Source: Planctomycetota bacterium
Lineage (GTDB): Bacteria > Planctomycetota > GCA-002687715 > CAIWVZ01
NCBI GenBank assembly: GCA_044222185.1
Contig: JBGANV010000001.1
Coordinates: 2,048,001-2,112,000 of the forward strand
Direction of reading: 5' to 3'
Length of the DNA stretch: 64,000 nucleotides
This document shows positions 30,145 to 38,959 of the stretch, piece after piece (the stretch's first letter is position 1; each line of letters starts with the position of its first letter). The notes below the pieces were generated by a model, which worked only from the letters and a program-made list of their open reading frames with translations, was not told the origin of the DNA and did not search any database. A program made the translations under genes and the position numbers.

Positions 30145-30671
30145 GCATCGACTTCAGCCAGTTCCTCCCGGCCGGCCCGGTCCCGCCCGACTTCCACTCG
30201 ACGCACGACGAGGGGCCGTTCTCACGGTGCAGCGATTGCGGCGCGCCGCTCGGCGGCCAGGATGCGCTTCACCTGATCGGCAAGGTCTGGCGCGACGGCG
30301 ACGTGATCTTCGAGTACGCCCTTTGCTCCGGATGCGTGATCGGTCTCTACGAGCAGTACAGCGAGGAGTCCAAGCGCAACCTCTCCGAGTACTTTGCCCA
30401 GGTGGCACCACCCCGTGACGATGGTGCGCCGCAGTGTCACCGCTGCGGACAGTCCGGGGAGGTCCTCGCGAACGAACACTCGGCCGAGGCCATGGCCATG
30501 GGTTCGACCCTGCTCGGGACGCCGATCCGCGTGTGCGCGGCCTGCACGGAAGGCGCGGAAAAGGTGCTTTCCAAGCAGACACGGAAGGTCTTCGACGACT
30601 TCGTGCGCCGCGTGGCTCCGCTCCTCCCGGAGGACGTGGGCATTCCGTCGCCCGTGCTGGCGCTGCCGTAA
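30141..30671 (+). CDS. Hypothetical protein with four CxxC motifs (two putative Zn sites)
   Basis: CSDC, CSGC, CHRC, CAAC arranged as a duplicated unit. Confidence 0.8.
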   Translation: MSIDFSQFLPAGPVPPDFHSTHDEGPFSRCSDCGAPLGGQDALHLIGKVWRDGDVIFEYALCSGCVIGLYEQYSEESKRNLSEYFAQVAPPRDDGAPQCHRCGQSGEVLANEHSAEAMAMGSTLLGTPIRVCAACTEGAEKVLSKQTRKVFDDFVRRVAPLLPEDVGIPSPVLALP

Positions 30672-30764
30672 CGTCGACCCGTTCTCCGCCGCCGCGCTGG
30701 ATGGACGGCATGCGACCGCGCACAATCGCGCCATTCGACGGCCGCGCGCCGTCCCTGGAGCCGC

Positions 30765-32414
30765 ATGCAGAACCGCATCTTCTTCCGCGGGCCGACTCTC
30801 GTCAGCCTGAACCCGCTTCGCGTCGAGTACGCCGACGTCCTCGTCGGTGACGGCCGCATCCTGAAGAAGGGCTGGCGGCTCAACGTGCCGCACGGAGTCG
30901 ACGTCGTGGACGCCCGCGGCAAGATCCTCATGCCGGGCCTCGTCGACGCGCACTTCGACCTGGCGCGGACGTTCGCGCGGTTCATTCCACCGCCACCGTC
31001 CGGTGCCACGCACGGCCGCCAGCTCACGGAGGAGATGCTCATCTGCGCGGCCTTCGGCGCCACGCTCGAGGCGCTGCGCAACGGAACGACGACGTTCATC
31101 TGCCATCACGGCGCATCCGGGTTCGTACGGGGCTCGCTCTTCCGGATCCGCGACGTCCTGCTCTCCGTGGGCGTGCGGGTGTGCGCGTCGTTCGCGGCCG
31201 GCGGACACGACGCCGCCGCGGACGTCGAGGCCGCGCTCGCCGAATCGCGTGACGCGGCGGCATTCGGACTCAGCAGCCGCTGCCGGTTCATGCTCGGCGC
31301 CGCGGCGTGTGATCAGGTGGCGCAATCGACTCTCGAGAGTCTCGCGGAACTCGGTGCGCGGTACGACTGCGGGCTCCACACGACGGTCGGATTCGGTTCG
31401 TCGTCCGTGGATGACGACATCGAACGACTGCTGCGTTCGAAGGCCCTGCGTCCCGGCTCGCTCGTGATGCTCGGAGGTCGCCCCAAGCCGGCGCACATCG
31501 ACGCGCTACGCGAAGCGAAGGTCACCCTCATCCACGCACCCTCCGGCCAGATGCTCTCCGGGCGCGCCATGCTGCCCGTCGACACGTTCGCCAACGGTGG
31601 GACGCTGGGGTCTGCCGGAACCCGGCCCGACCTCTTCGAGGAGGCGCGCCTCGCCTACACGCAGGCCATCGCGAAGGGCGAGGCGGCGACGCCCGCCGAC
31701 GTCGTGGCTCTGCTCGCCCGGGGCCAGGAGGTCGCGAGCGGGCTGTTCCACACGTCGCTCGGCAACTTCGAGCCTGGCTCGGCGGCGGATCTGCTCGTTC
31801 TCGACTATCGCCCCATGACCCCGCTGAATGCGGCCACGCTGCCGTGGCACGTGCTCTTCGGGTTCAGCTCGGCCCACGTCCAGCACGTGATGATCGATGG
31901 CCAGACGATCATCCGCGATCGCAGCTTCAACCGTTTCGACGTGCGGAACCTCTTCCGCCAGACGCAGCGAGCCGCCCTCGACCTGTGGGCGCAATCGTCC
32001 ACGGAGGAGTACCCCGGCCTGAATCTCCCCCTGCGAGAGGATGTGGTGGCCTCGGCGCCGGAGAGAGAAGAACAAGCGAGCGTGTTTGCTGCCGACGAAT
32101 CCGACCTCGAGTTCGAGCCGCTGGAGGTCGGGGCCGACGTCGCGCGTCCGTGGCTCGTGGCGAACCCTGACGCGAATGCCCGCGGCAACGGCGAGACGGG
32201 GCTCGAGCTCGCGGTCGAACCGCCGAAGCTCCCCCGGCAGCCCGCCGAACGTCCGGCCGCCCCCCCGCCGCCGCCACGACGAACGCGGCCGACGGCAGCT
32301 CCGGCCGCCGAGGCTCCCCCTGCACCGGCTCCAGCTCCGACACCGCCCCCGATGCCACCGCCGGAACCCCCAATCGAGCCACCGGCGGATCCCTTCGGCT
32401 TCGGGATCATCTGA
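30765..32414 (+). CDS. Amidohydrolase-superfamily (SsnA-like) homologue with degenerate metal site and Pro-rich tail
   Basis: DARGKILMPGLVDAH, ALRNGTTT, GNFEPGSAADLLVLDY, VQHVMIDG. Confidence 0.85.
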   Translation: MQNRIFFRGPTLVSLNPLRVEYADVLVGDGRILKKGWRLNVPHGVDVVDARGKILMPGLVDAHFDLARTFARFIPPPPSGATHGRQLTEEMLICAAFGATLEALRNGTTTFICHHGASGFVRGSLFRIRDVLLSVGVRVCASFAAGGHDAAADVEAALAESRDAAAFGLSSRCRFMLGAAACDQVAQSTLESLAELGARYDCGLHTTVGFGSSSVDDDIERLLRSKALRPGSLVMLGGRPKPAHIDALREAKVTLIHAPSGQMLSGRAMLPVDTFANGGTLGSAGTRPDLFEEARLAYTQAIAKGEAATPADVVALLARGQEVASGLFHTSLGNFEPGSAADLLVLDYRPMTPLNAATLPWHVLFGFSSAHVQHVMIDGQTIIRDRSFNRFDVRNLFRQTQRAALDLWAQSSTEEYPGLNLPLREDVVASAPEREEQASVFAADESDLEFEPLEVGADVARPWLVANPDANARGNGETGLELAVEPPKLPRQPAERPAAPPPPPRRTRPTAAPAAEAPPAPAPAPTPPPMPPPEPPIEPPADPFGFGII

Positions 32415-32745
32415 CGTCTGTTCCGAGTGACGCACCGGTCGCGCCCTGATGCCGCCGACCCCCAGGCGCGCCCGCGACCAGCGAACCCCCGCGGCCGCCT
32501 TGGTCACCACGCCAACCGGACGCCGTCGCGCGGGTCGGCGCCGCACGCGCGACGCTGACCCGGGGATCGAGGCCCGACGTCGTGCCGTCACCGCCGTGTG
32601 ACACCTGCGTGCGAGGTCCCGCTTCCAAGACAGGGCCCCGGCGAGCGACGCCAACGCGCGCCGGCCGAAGGCCGCACTCAGGGAGTATTTGCTTCGACGC
32701 ACGCGAGACTTCGGTCGAAGATGTGTAAGTCTTGCACGCCCTGCA

Positions 32746-32758
32746 GGGGGGGGGGGGG
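32746..32758 (+). repeat. G13 homopolymer tract
   Basis: ctgca-G13-ccgacgacacATG. Confidence 0.9.
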
Positions 32759-32768
32759 CCGACGACAC

Positions 32769-34502
32769 ATGAAGGACCTCGACCTGGCCGCTCGGATGAA
32801 AACTCGAAAGCGAATCGTCCGGGCAGGCACGTTCCTGGCCGTCCTCGCGCTCGCACCGGTTCTCGGCGGCTGCGGCGGCAGCCCTGCCCCCCAGGGAACC
32901 GACGTTGCGGATGGAGCCGATCCCCCCGAAGTCCAACTGGGTGAACGGTTGTTCGTCGAGACGCGCTTCGCGCAAGTCTTCGCGGCAAACGCTTCGGGCG
33001 ACGTGAACGCGCCGCTCCAGACCGGAGACCCGACGCTCGACGTCCTGGTTACGTCGGGCGCGCCGCTCCCCGGTCCCTTCTCGGGCGCGACGATCAACTG
33101 CCGTCAGTGTCATCTGGTCGACGAGGCGGACGGCGTCCAGGGAGGTGGGATCAGGACCTACGGTGACTTCGCGCCCCGCTCAGCCATCCCGGCACGGCTC
33201 GACGGCCTGGTCACCGCACCGCGGAATTCGCCGCCCCTGGTGAACGCGTCCCTCGATCGGACCGGGCCTTTCGTCCTTCACTTCGACGGCGAGTTCGAGT
33301 CGATCGAAGCGCTCGTCGTCGGGACGCTCACGGGCAGGAACTACGGATGGCTGGCCAACGAACGCAGCGCCGCACGTGCGCACATCGCGCGCATCATCCG
33401 GGAGGACGATGGCAGGGGGCCGATCGCCGCGGACTTCGGCGGACTCTCGTACGCCGAGGTCCTGAAGTCGTCGCCGACGGTCCGTGCGCCGTGGCGCCTT
33501 CCCGCCGACCTGCGCCTCGACGTGGAGGTGGCATCCGACGACTCCATCATCGAGGTCGTCGCGCGCTTGATCGCGATCTACGTCAAGCAGCTCGAGTTCG
33601 CCCGGAACGAAGCCGGCGAGTTCGTGGGCAGCCCGTTCGACCTCTTCCTCGCACGCAATGGGCTTCCCAGGCAACCGGACGCTGGCGAAACGCCGCTCGC
33701 CTATGCGCGTCGACTTCGTGCGTCTCTCGGGCACCTCTCCCCGCCGCAGTTCATCACGCCGGCGGATGGCACCTTCATCCACCACGCGCAGCCATTCGTA
33801 TTCGGGGCCACCGAGCTCGCCGGCCTGACGACCTTCCTCGCGGAACCCTCCACGATGCCCCCGTCGCCGGCCGAGATCGCACAAGGCACGATCGGAAACT
33901 GCATCGCCTGCCATCAGCCGCCGGTGTTCACGGACTTCGCGTTCCACAACGTCGGCGTCTCCCAGGCCGCATTCGACTCGCTCCACGGGCCGGGCGCCTT
34001 CTCGAACCTGCCCATCCCCGACCTCGCGGCGCGGTCACTCGCCCCGTCACAGTGGCTGCCGCCGACGGCAGAGAACCCGATCGCGGCGAGCGTCTTTCGG
34101 AGCGTGCCGAGCCTGTCGGACCCCGCAGCGACGGACCTGGGGTTGTGGAACGTCTTCGCCAACCCCGCGCTCCCGGGCCCGCAAGCGGCGTTGACGTCGA
34201 TCGTGCAGGAAGTGTTCTCCCTCCCGGCGACGACCACCGACCCGGCTCGGCTCCTGCCGATGACCGTGGCGTTGTTCAAGACGCCGAACCTGCGGGACCT
34301 GGGCCATGGCGCGCCCTATTTCCACGACGGATCGAAGGAAACGCTCGACGACGTCGTTCAGCATTACAGGGTGTTCTCGCCCCTCGCCCGGGCAAAGCAG
34401 GTACGGAACGCGGACCCGCGGCTTCAGGGCATCGCACTGAACGCGGGCGACGTCGCGCCGCTCATCGCATTCCTTCAGTCGTTGAACGAGGACTACGAGT
34501 GA
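32769..34502 (+). CDS. Di-heme cytochrome c peroxidase/MauG-superfamily lipoprotein
   Basis: LGERLF, CRQCH, RNSPPLVN, CIACH, FTDFAFHNVG, FKTPNLRDL..APYFHDG; lipobox LGGC; start 32769 or 32796. Confidence 0.88.
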   Translation: MKDLDLAARMKTRKRIVRAGTFLAVLALAPVLGGCGGSPAPQGTDVADGADPPEVQLGERLFVETRFAQVFAANASGDVNAPLQTGDPTLDVLVTSGAPLPGPFSGATINCRQCHLVDEADGVQGGGIRTYGDFAPRSAIPARLDGLVTAPRNSPPLVNASLDRTGPFVLHFDGEFESIEALVVGTLTGRNYGWLANERSAARAHIARIIREDDGRGPIAADFGGLSYAEVLKSSPTVRAPWRLPADLRLDVEVASDDSIIEVVARLIAIYVKQLEFARNEAGEFVGSPFDLFLARNGLPRQPDAGETPLAYARRLRASLGHLSPPQFITPADGTFIHHAQPFVFGATELAGLTTFLAEPSTMPPSPAEIAQGTIGNCIACHQPPVFTDFAFHNVGVSQAAFDSLHGPGAFSNLPIPDLAARSLAPSQWLPPTAENPIAASVFRSVPSLSDPAATDLGLWNVFANPALPGPQAALTSIVQEVFSLPATTTDPARLLPMTVALFKTPNLRDLGHGAPYFHDGSKETLDDVVQHYRVFSPLARAKQVRNADPRLQGIALNAGDVAPLIAFLQSLNEDYE

Positions 34503-35176
34503 ACCAACCGGATGCCCCAACCGTGGCTCGAACGCGTCCGATCGACCTCCGCCTCTCGCACCAGGTGCGGCGGGCTCGGCGGCCGATCCTGATCGCCATC
34601 TTGCCGAACTGCGCGATCCTCGGCGCCTTCGCGGCCTGGGGCCTCGCGAGCCATCAACGCCTCGACCATTTCACCGGCGATCCCGTGGCACTGCTCCATG
34701 GGTCCGCATCCACCGGCGCGGTCTCCATGCTCGGAGCCATCCTGTGGGCCGCGGCGACGGCGCTCGCGGTCTTCGGGATGCTGTTCCGGTTGCCGGACTC
34801 CGACCTCACGCGCAGGTTCCTCGGGTGGACGGCCGCGTTCAGCGCATGGCTGATGCTCGACGACGTCTTCCTCCTGCACGAACGGGTGTTTCCCAAGTAC
34901 ATGAACATCCCGGAACCGGCGGTGTTCGTGGCGTACGTGGGTTCCTGCGTCGGATGGCTCGGCGCGTTCTGGCGCCGAATCCTCGCGACTGACTGGCTTC
35001 TGATGGTGACCGCCTTCGCCTTGCTCGGGGCATCGATGGGCATCGATGCCTGCATTCATTGGGACTCGCACGTGGTGACCTTCATCGAGGACTCGCTGAA
35101 GTACCTCGGGATCGCGGTCTGGGTCGCCTACACCGGCAGCGTCGCGCGGCAGGCCGTCGGCCGCGCGGGGACGTAG
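34499..35176 (+). CDS. Integral membrane hypothetical protein
   Basis: About 6 hydrophobic segments with LDDVFLLHE and EDSLKYLG motifs; GTGA overlap with the peroxidase gene. Confidence 0.8.
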   Translation: MNQPDAPTVARTRPIDLRLSHQVRRARRPILIAILPNCAILGAFAAWGLASHQRLDHFTGDPVALLHGSASTGAVSMLGAILWAAATALAVFGMLFRLPDSDLTRRFLGWTAAFSAWLMLDDVFLLHERVFPKYMNIPEPAVFVAYVGSCVGWLGAFWRRILATDWLLMVTAFALLGASMGIDACIHWDSHVVTFIEDSLKYLGIAVWVAYTGSVARQAVGRAGT

Positions 35177-35490
35177 CGCGCGAAGGTCGAGGCCGCGCGC
35201 TCGGACCCGACGAGCAAGGACGCGGCGGGCACCCGCCCCGGTTCGCGCGATCCCCCATCCGAGAACCCGCCGGCTGAGACGGCGGCGTCGCCCCGGCCCC
35301 GCGTCACACGGAACCCGTCGTCCCCCGGCGTGCGGTTTCCCGGGCACGAGTCTCGACAGGTGCGCAACGGTCGGTCGCTCGGCGCCGTCTGACGTCGAAA
35401 CGCCCCGGAACGTCCCGCGAGTTCCCGGGGCGCACGGTCAGACTCGCGCCGCCCGGGGCGTCGCGCTGCGGTGCGGTCGGCGCCGTTCAT

Positions 35491-35496
35491 TACAAT
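35491..35496 (+). promoter_or_regulatory. -10 box (TACAAT), leaderless start candidate
   Basis: 7 nt before ATG 35504; no SD sequence. Confidence 0.5.
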
Positions 35497-35503
35497 CCCC
35501 GCC

Positions 35504-38347
35504 ATGCACGGCGTGACATCGGCGGCGCGGGCGCTCCTCGGACTGGCTCTCCTCGGGCTTTCAGCGTTCGGACAGGACCCCACGGGCGCAGCGGCCGCGC
35601 GCGTGACGCTCGAGTCGCTGATCCCCAAAGGCACGAAGGACATCACCGCCGTACTCGACAAGCGCGGCAACGACGTCTTCGACGTGCTCGTGACCGCCGT
35701 CGGAACCGACCCCGCGCCGCTGGCCAACGCGAAGAAGGTCGCCGAGTTGCTCGCCGGTCCGGAACGGGATGGCGTGAAACAGATGCTCTCGGCGATGGAG
35801 GCGGCAAAGCCCGAGGAGCGGGAGGCGTTCGCGCGGGGCGTCGCGGGCCTGGGCGCTCTGGAGTCCGCACTGATCGACCCGAAGGGGATCGTCAAGGCGG
35901 TCGCGGAGGCACAGTCCGCGCTGAAGGAGAAGCTCGGGGCGACACCGCACCCCTGGCTCAAGGCGCGAGCCGCCGTCGCCGACGCACTCGCCGGGATCAC
36001 GAACGATTCAGCGTCCGCCGAGCCGGCCCTGAAGGAAGCCGTGACGGCGTTCGCCGCGGTGAGCGATCGCTACCATCTCGCGCTCGCGTCAGCCCTGTGG
36101 TCGAAGGCGTTGCTCGATGCAAACCAGGGATTCGATTCGATCCGTGCCCGTGAGAACGCCCAGGCTCTCGTCGCCGAGCTGAAGGTCCAGCTCGACCGCC
36201 CGGGGCTCGTCACGACGGTGCTTGCGCGCGTGGACCTCGTCCTCGCCCGACGCATGTTCGACGAAGGCTGGGACGAGCCCGCACTCACCGCTGCGCAGCG
36301 TGCGCGGTCGACCTTCAAGACCTACGATCCCACGCGTGATCTCGACGCGGCCGTCGTCTTCGCGTGGTTGATGATCGAGCGCCGGAGCTTCGCCGCCGCC
36401 CTGGAAGCCCTGAAGCCCTACCAGGCGAAGATGATGGCGATCGAGCGTCGCGAGTTGCTCCTGCGCTACTCGAACTGCCTCGCGACGGCGCTTCGACTGT
36501 CCGGCAAGCCACAAGTCGGGGCGGACATCCTGAAGAAGGTCCTCGTTCAAACGAAGCAGATGAACGCCGACCCGAAGGACGAGGTCGTTCCGCGCTTCGC
36601 GCTCGCTCTGTGCCTCGCTCAGAGCAACCAGACCGAGGCTGCTGCCGTGGCGTTCGAGGGCGTGGCCAGGCAGGCGGACGATGCCGGCGTGCCGGCCATC
36701 GGGCGGGCCGCCATCATGAACCGCGCCCTCCTCCAGCTGTCGCAGAAGCGTGACGTCGACGGCACGAAGACGATGGAACGCGCCATCGCGCTCTCCGCAG
36801 GCGGGCCGACGCTCGACCGCATCCAGGGATCCAGCGCGATGATGGCGTACGCGGAACTCCTGGTGGACATGGAGAAGCTGCCGGAGGCCATGAAGTGGTT
36901 CAAGCTGGCCTCGGGTGTCGCGGAGGAGCTGGGCGTCTCGCCCGACGACCTGCGCAGCGCCTCGGGAATGGTCGTCGCGCCGACGGGCGTCCCCATGGCG
37001 ACGCGCCTGGCCTCGACGATCACGACCGCGGAGGTCCGCCTCGACTGGGCGTCGCTCGAGCCCGCATTCCTCGCAGCAGAGCGCCCCGGGTTCGACATCA
37101 TCGCGAAGCTTGCGAGCGACGACACGGCCACGCCCGAGATGATCGAGCAGGCGCAGAACTCGCGCCGCCAGATCACGCGGATCCTGCGCGGACTCGCCGG
37201 CCTGCGCCCTGCGATCTCCGAGGATGAGACGGCGCGGATCGTGCGCGAGCGAAAGGGCCTCATGGACGGCGTCTGGACCGCGAATCCTGCGTTTGCCACG
37301 AAGGCGTTCCCGCGGATTGCATCGATCGCCCGAACCAGGACGCATTACTGCGGAATCGACGGCGCCGTCTTCCACGCCGTCATCACATCCGGTGGTTCCT
37401 ACGTGATGGGGTTCTCGCGCCACCAGATGTCGCTCCGCGCCTTGAACACGGCGCAACCGGCGACGATGGATCTCGTGGCCGCCTACCGAGCGGTGATGAA
37501 GAACCCCAAGTCGTCGATCCCCGAGTTCCTCGCGGCCGCGGGTCCGCTCTACGACCGAATCATCGAGCCCGTGAAGAACACCTTCGAAGGCAAGAAGTGG
37601 ATCGCGGTCTACGTCGACAAGGAGCTGGACGACGTCCCGATCGAGTGCCTGGTGCCGCCGGGGACGACGGCCACGAGCTGGAAGTCCATGCCGTTCCTCA
37701 TGAACTCGATCGCGATCGCGCGCGTCCCGACGGCGAGTCGCGCCCTCATGCCACGGGAGCGGCGCACCACGAACTGGCTGTCGACGCCGTGGCTCGGCGC
37801 CGTCGTCACGGGCGCGCCGGACGAGGTCCTCGCCGGGGCGCGCTACTTCGACCCGAGCCTGTCGGCGACGCAGCTGAAGGGAGATCGCGCGAACATCCTG
37901 ACGCTCCCCGACTACAAGTCGCTGTTCGTCAAGTCGGACCCGCCGCCCGAGGGCCGGTTCCCCAACGGAGGCGTGCTCTGGTTCGGCCCCGGTTACACGC
38001 AGAAGTTCTGCGACTGGCCCCACGGCAGCACCCCCGAGGTCGTCGTTTCCTCCGATCTGCTCACGCCGCAGTACAACGGCGACGATCTGCCCATGCGCCT
38101 CCTCGGCAAGGGCCCGCGGGCGGTCGTCCACCCGCGGGCGAAGATGGACAAGGCTCTCGCGCTTGCGCTCGTGCAGGCGACGCTCCAGGGAATGGGGCAG
38201 CAAGGGCTGAGCCCCGCGGAGGCCGTCACCGAAGCGAAGAAATCACTCGTGCAGGGCACGCTGAAGGTCGCGGGCGCGCCGCCCAAGGACGAGATGCTTC
38301 ATCCGGCCTCCTGGTGCCCCATGGAAGCCTGGGTCGTGCAGCCCTGA
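35504..38347 (+). CDS. Secreted TPR plus CHAT-like protein with degenerate catalytic dyad
   Basis: Signal peptide; TPR-like helices; LYDRIIEPV..WIAVYVDKELDDVPIECLV and terminal HPASWCPM resemble CHAT boundaries. Confidence 0.75.
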   Translation: MHGVTSAARALLGLALLGLSAFGQDPTGAAAARVTLESLIPKGTKDITAVLDKRGNDVFDVLVTAVGTDPAPLANAKKVAELLAGPERDGVKQMLSAMEAAKPEEREAFARGVAGLGALESALIDPKGIVKAVAEAQSALKEKLGATPHPWLKARAAVADALAGITNDSASAEPALKEAVTAFAAVSDRYHLALASALWSKALLDANQGFDSIRARENAQALVAELKVQLDRPGLVTTVLARVDLVLARRMFDEGWDEPALTAAQRARSTFKTYDPTRDLDAAVVFAWLMIERRSFAAALEALKPYQAKMMAIERRELLLRYSNCLATALRLSGKPQVGADILKKVLVQTKQMNADPKDEVVPRFALALCLAQSNQTEAAAVAFEGVARQADDAGVPAIGRAAIMNRALLQLSQKRDVDGTKTMERAIALSAGGPTLDRIQGSSAMMAYAELLVDMEKLPEAMKWFKLASGVAEELGVSPDDLRSASGMVVAPTGVPMATRLASTITTAEVRLDWASLEPAFLAAERPGFDIIAKLASDDTATPEMIEQAQNSRRQITRILRGLAGLRPAISEDETARIVRERKGLMDGVWTANPAFATKAFPRIASIARTRTHYCGIDGAVFHAVITSGGSYVMGFSRHQMSLRALNTAQPATMDLVAAYRAVMKNPKSSIPEFLAAAGPLYDRIIEPVKNTFEGKKWIAVYVDKELDDVPIECLVPPGTTATSWKSMPFLMNSIAIARVPTASRALMPRERRTTNWLSTPWLGAVVTGAPDEVLAGARYFDPSLSATQLKGDRANILTLPDYKSLFVKSDPPPEGRFPNGGVLWFGPGYTQKFCDWPHGSTPEVVVSSDLLTPQYNGDDLPMRLLGKGPRAVVHPRAKMDKALALALVQATLQGMGQQGLSPAEAVTEAKKSLVQGTLKVAGAPPKDEMLHPASWCPMEAWVVQP

Positions 38348-38354
38348 CGCCGCA

Positions 38355-38933
38355 GTGCGCGCCGACGAACTCATCGCGCGGCTCTCCACGTCGCGCCCGA
38401 CGGAGCTCCCGCTCGAGCCCGGCGACGTTCACGCCGCCGTCGCCGTGATCCTCAGCGACCGTCCCGGCGCGGGAACGGCGGTCCTGTTGATCCAGCGCGC
38501 GATCCGCGAGGGGGATCCCTGGTCGGGCCACACGGCGTTTCCCGGCGGCCGTGTGGAACCGCAAGACCGCTCGCTCGCCGACACGGCGCGACGAGAGACG
38601 TGGGAGGAAGTCGGCCTCGAACTGGATGCTGAGGAGATCCGCGGCACCGGCAGCGACATCCGTGCGTGGCGACAGGGGCGTCCAGCGCCCGTGATCGTCC
38701 GGCCGATCCTCTTCCAGGTCGCCCGGCCGCCGTCGCTGACCCTCTCGAACGAAGTCCAGAAGGCGTGCTGGACGCCCATCGACGAGCTCACCGCGGAGCG
38801 GAACCGCACCACGCACAGCGTCCACGATCGGACACACCCGGCGATTCGCACGAACGAGCTGTTCGTGTGGGGCCTCACCTACCGCGTGCTTTCCCAACTG
38901 TTCTCCCGCGCTGGCGTCTGCTCGCTTCCCTGA
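38355..38933 (+). CDS. Nudix hydrolase, CoA pyrophosphatase-like
   Basis: AAVAVIL, GDPWSGHTAFPGGRVE..D..LADTARRETWEEVGL, VWGLT. Confidence 0.9.
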   Translation: MRADELIARLSTSRPTELPLEPGDVHAAVAVILSDRPGAGTAVLLIQRAIREGDPWSGHTAFPGGRVEPQDRSLADTARRETWEEVGLELDAEEIRGTGSDIRAWRQGRPAPVIVRPILFQVARPPSLTLSNEVQKACWTPIDELTAERNRTTHSVHDRTHPAIRTNELFVWGLTYRVLSQLFSRAGVCSLP

Positions 38934-38959
38934 CGGCGACAACGCGGCACAATCGTCCC

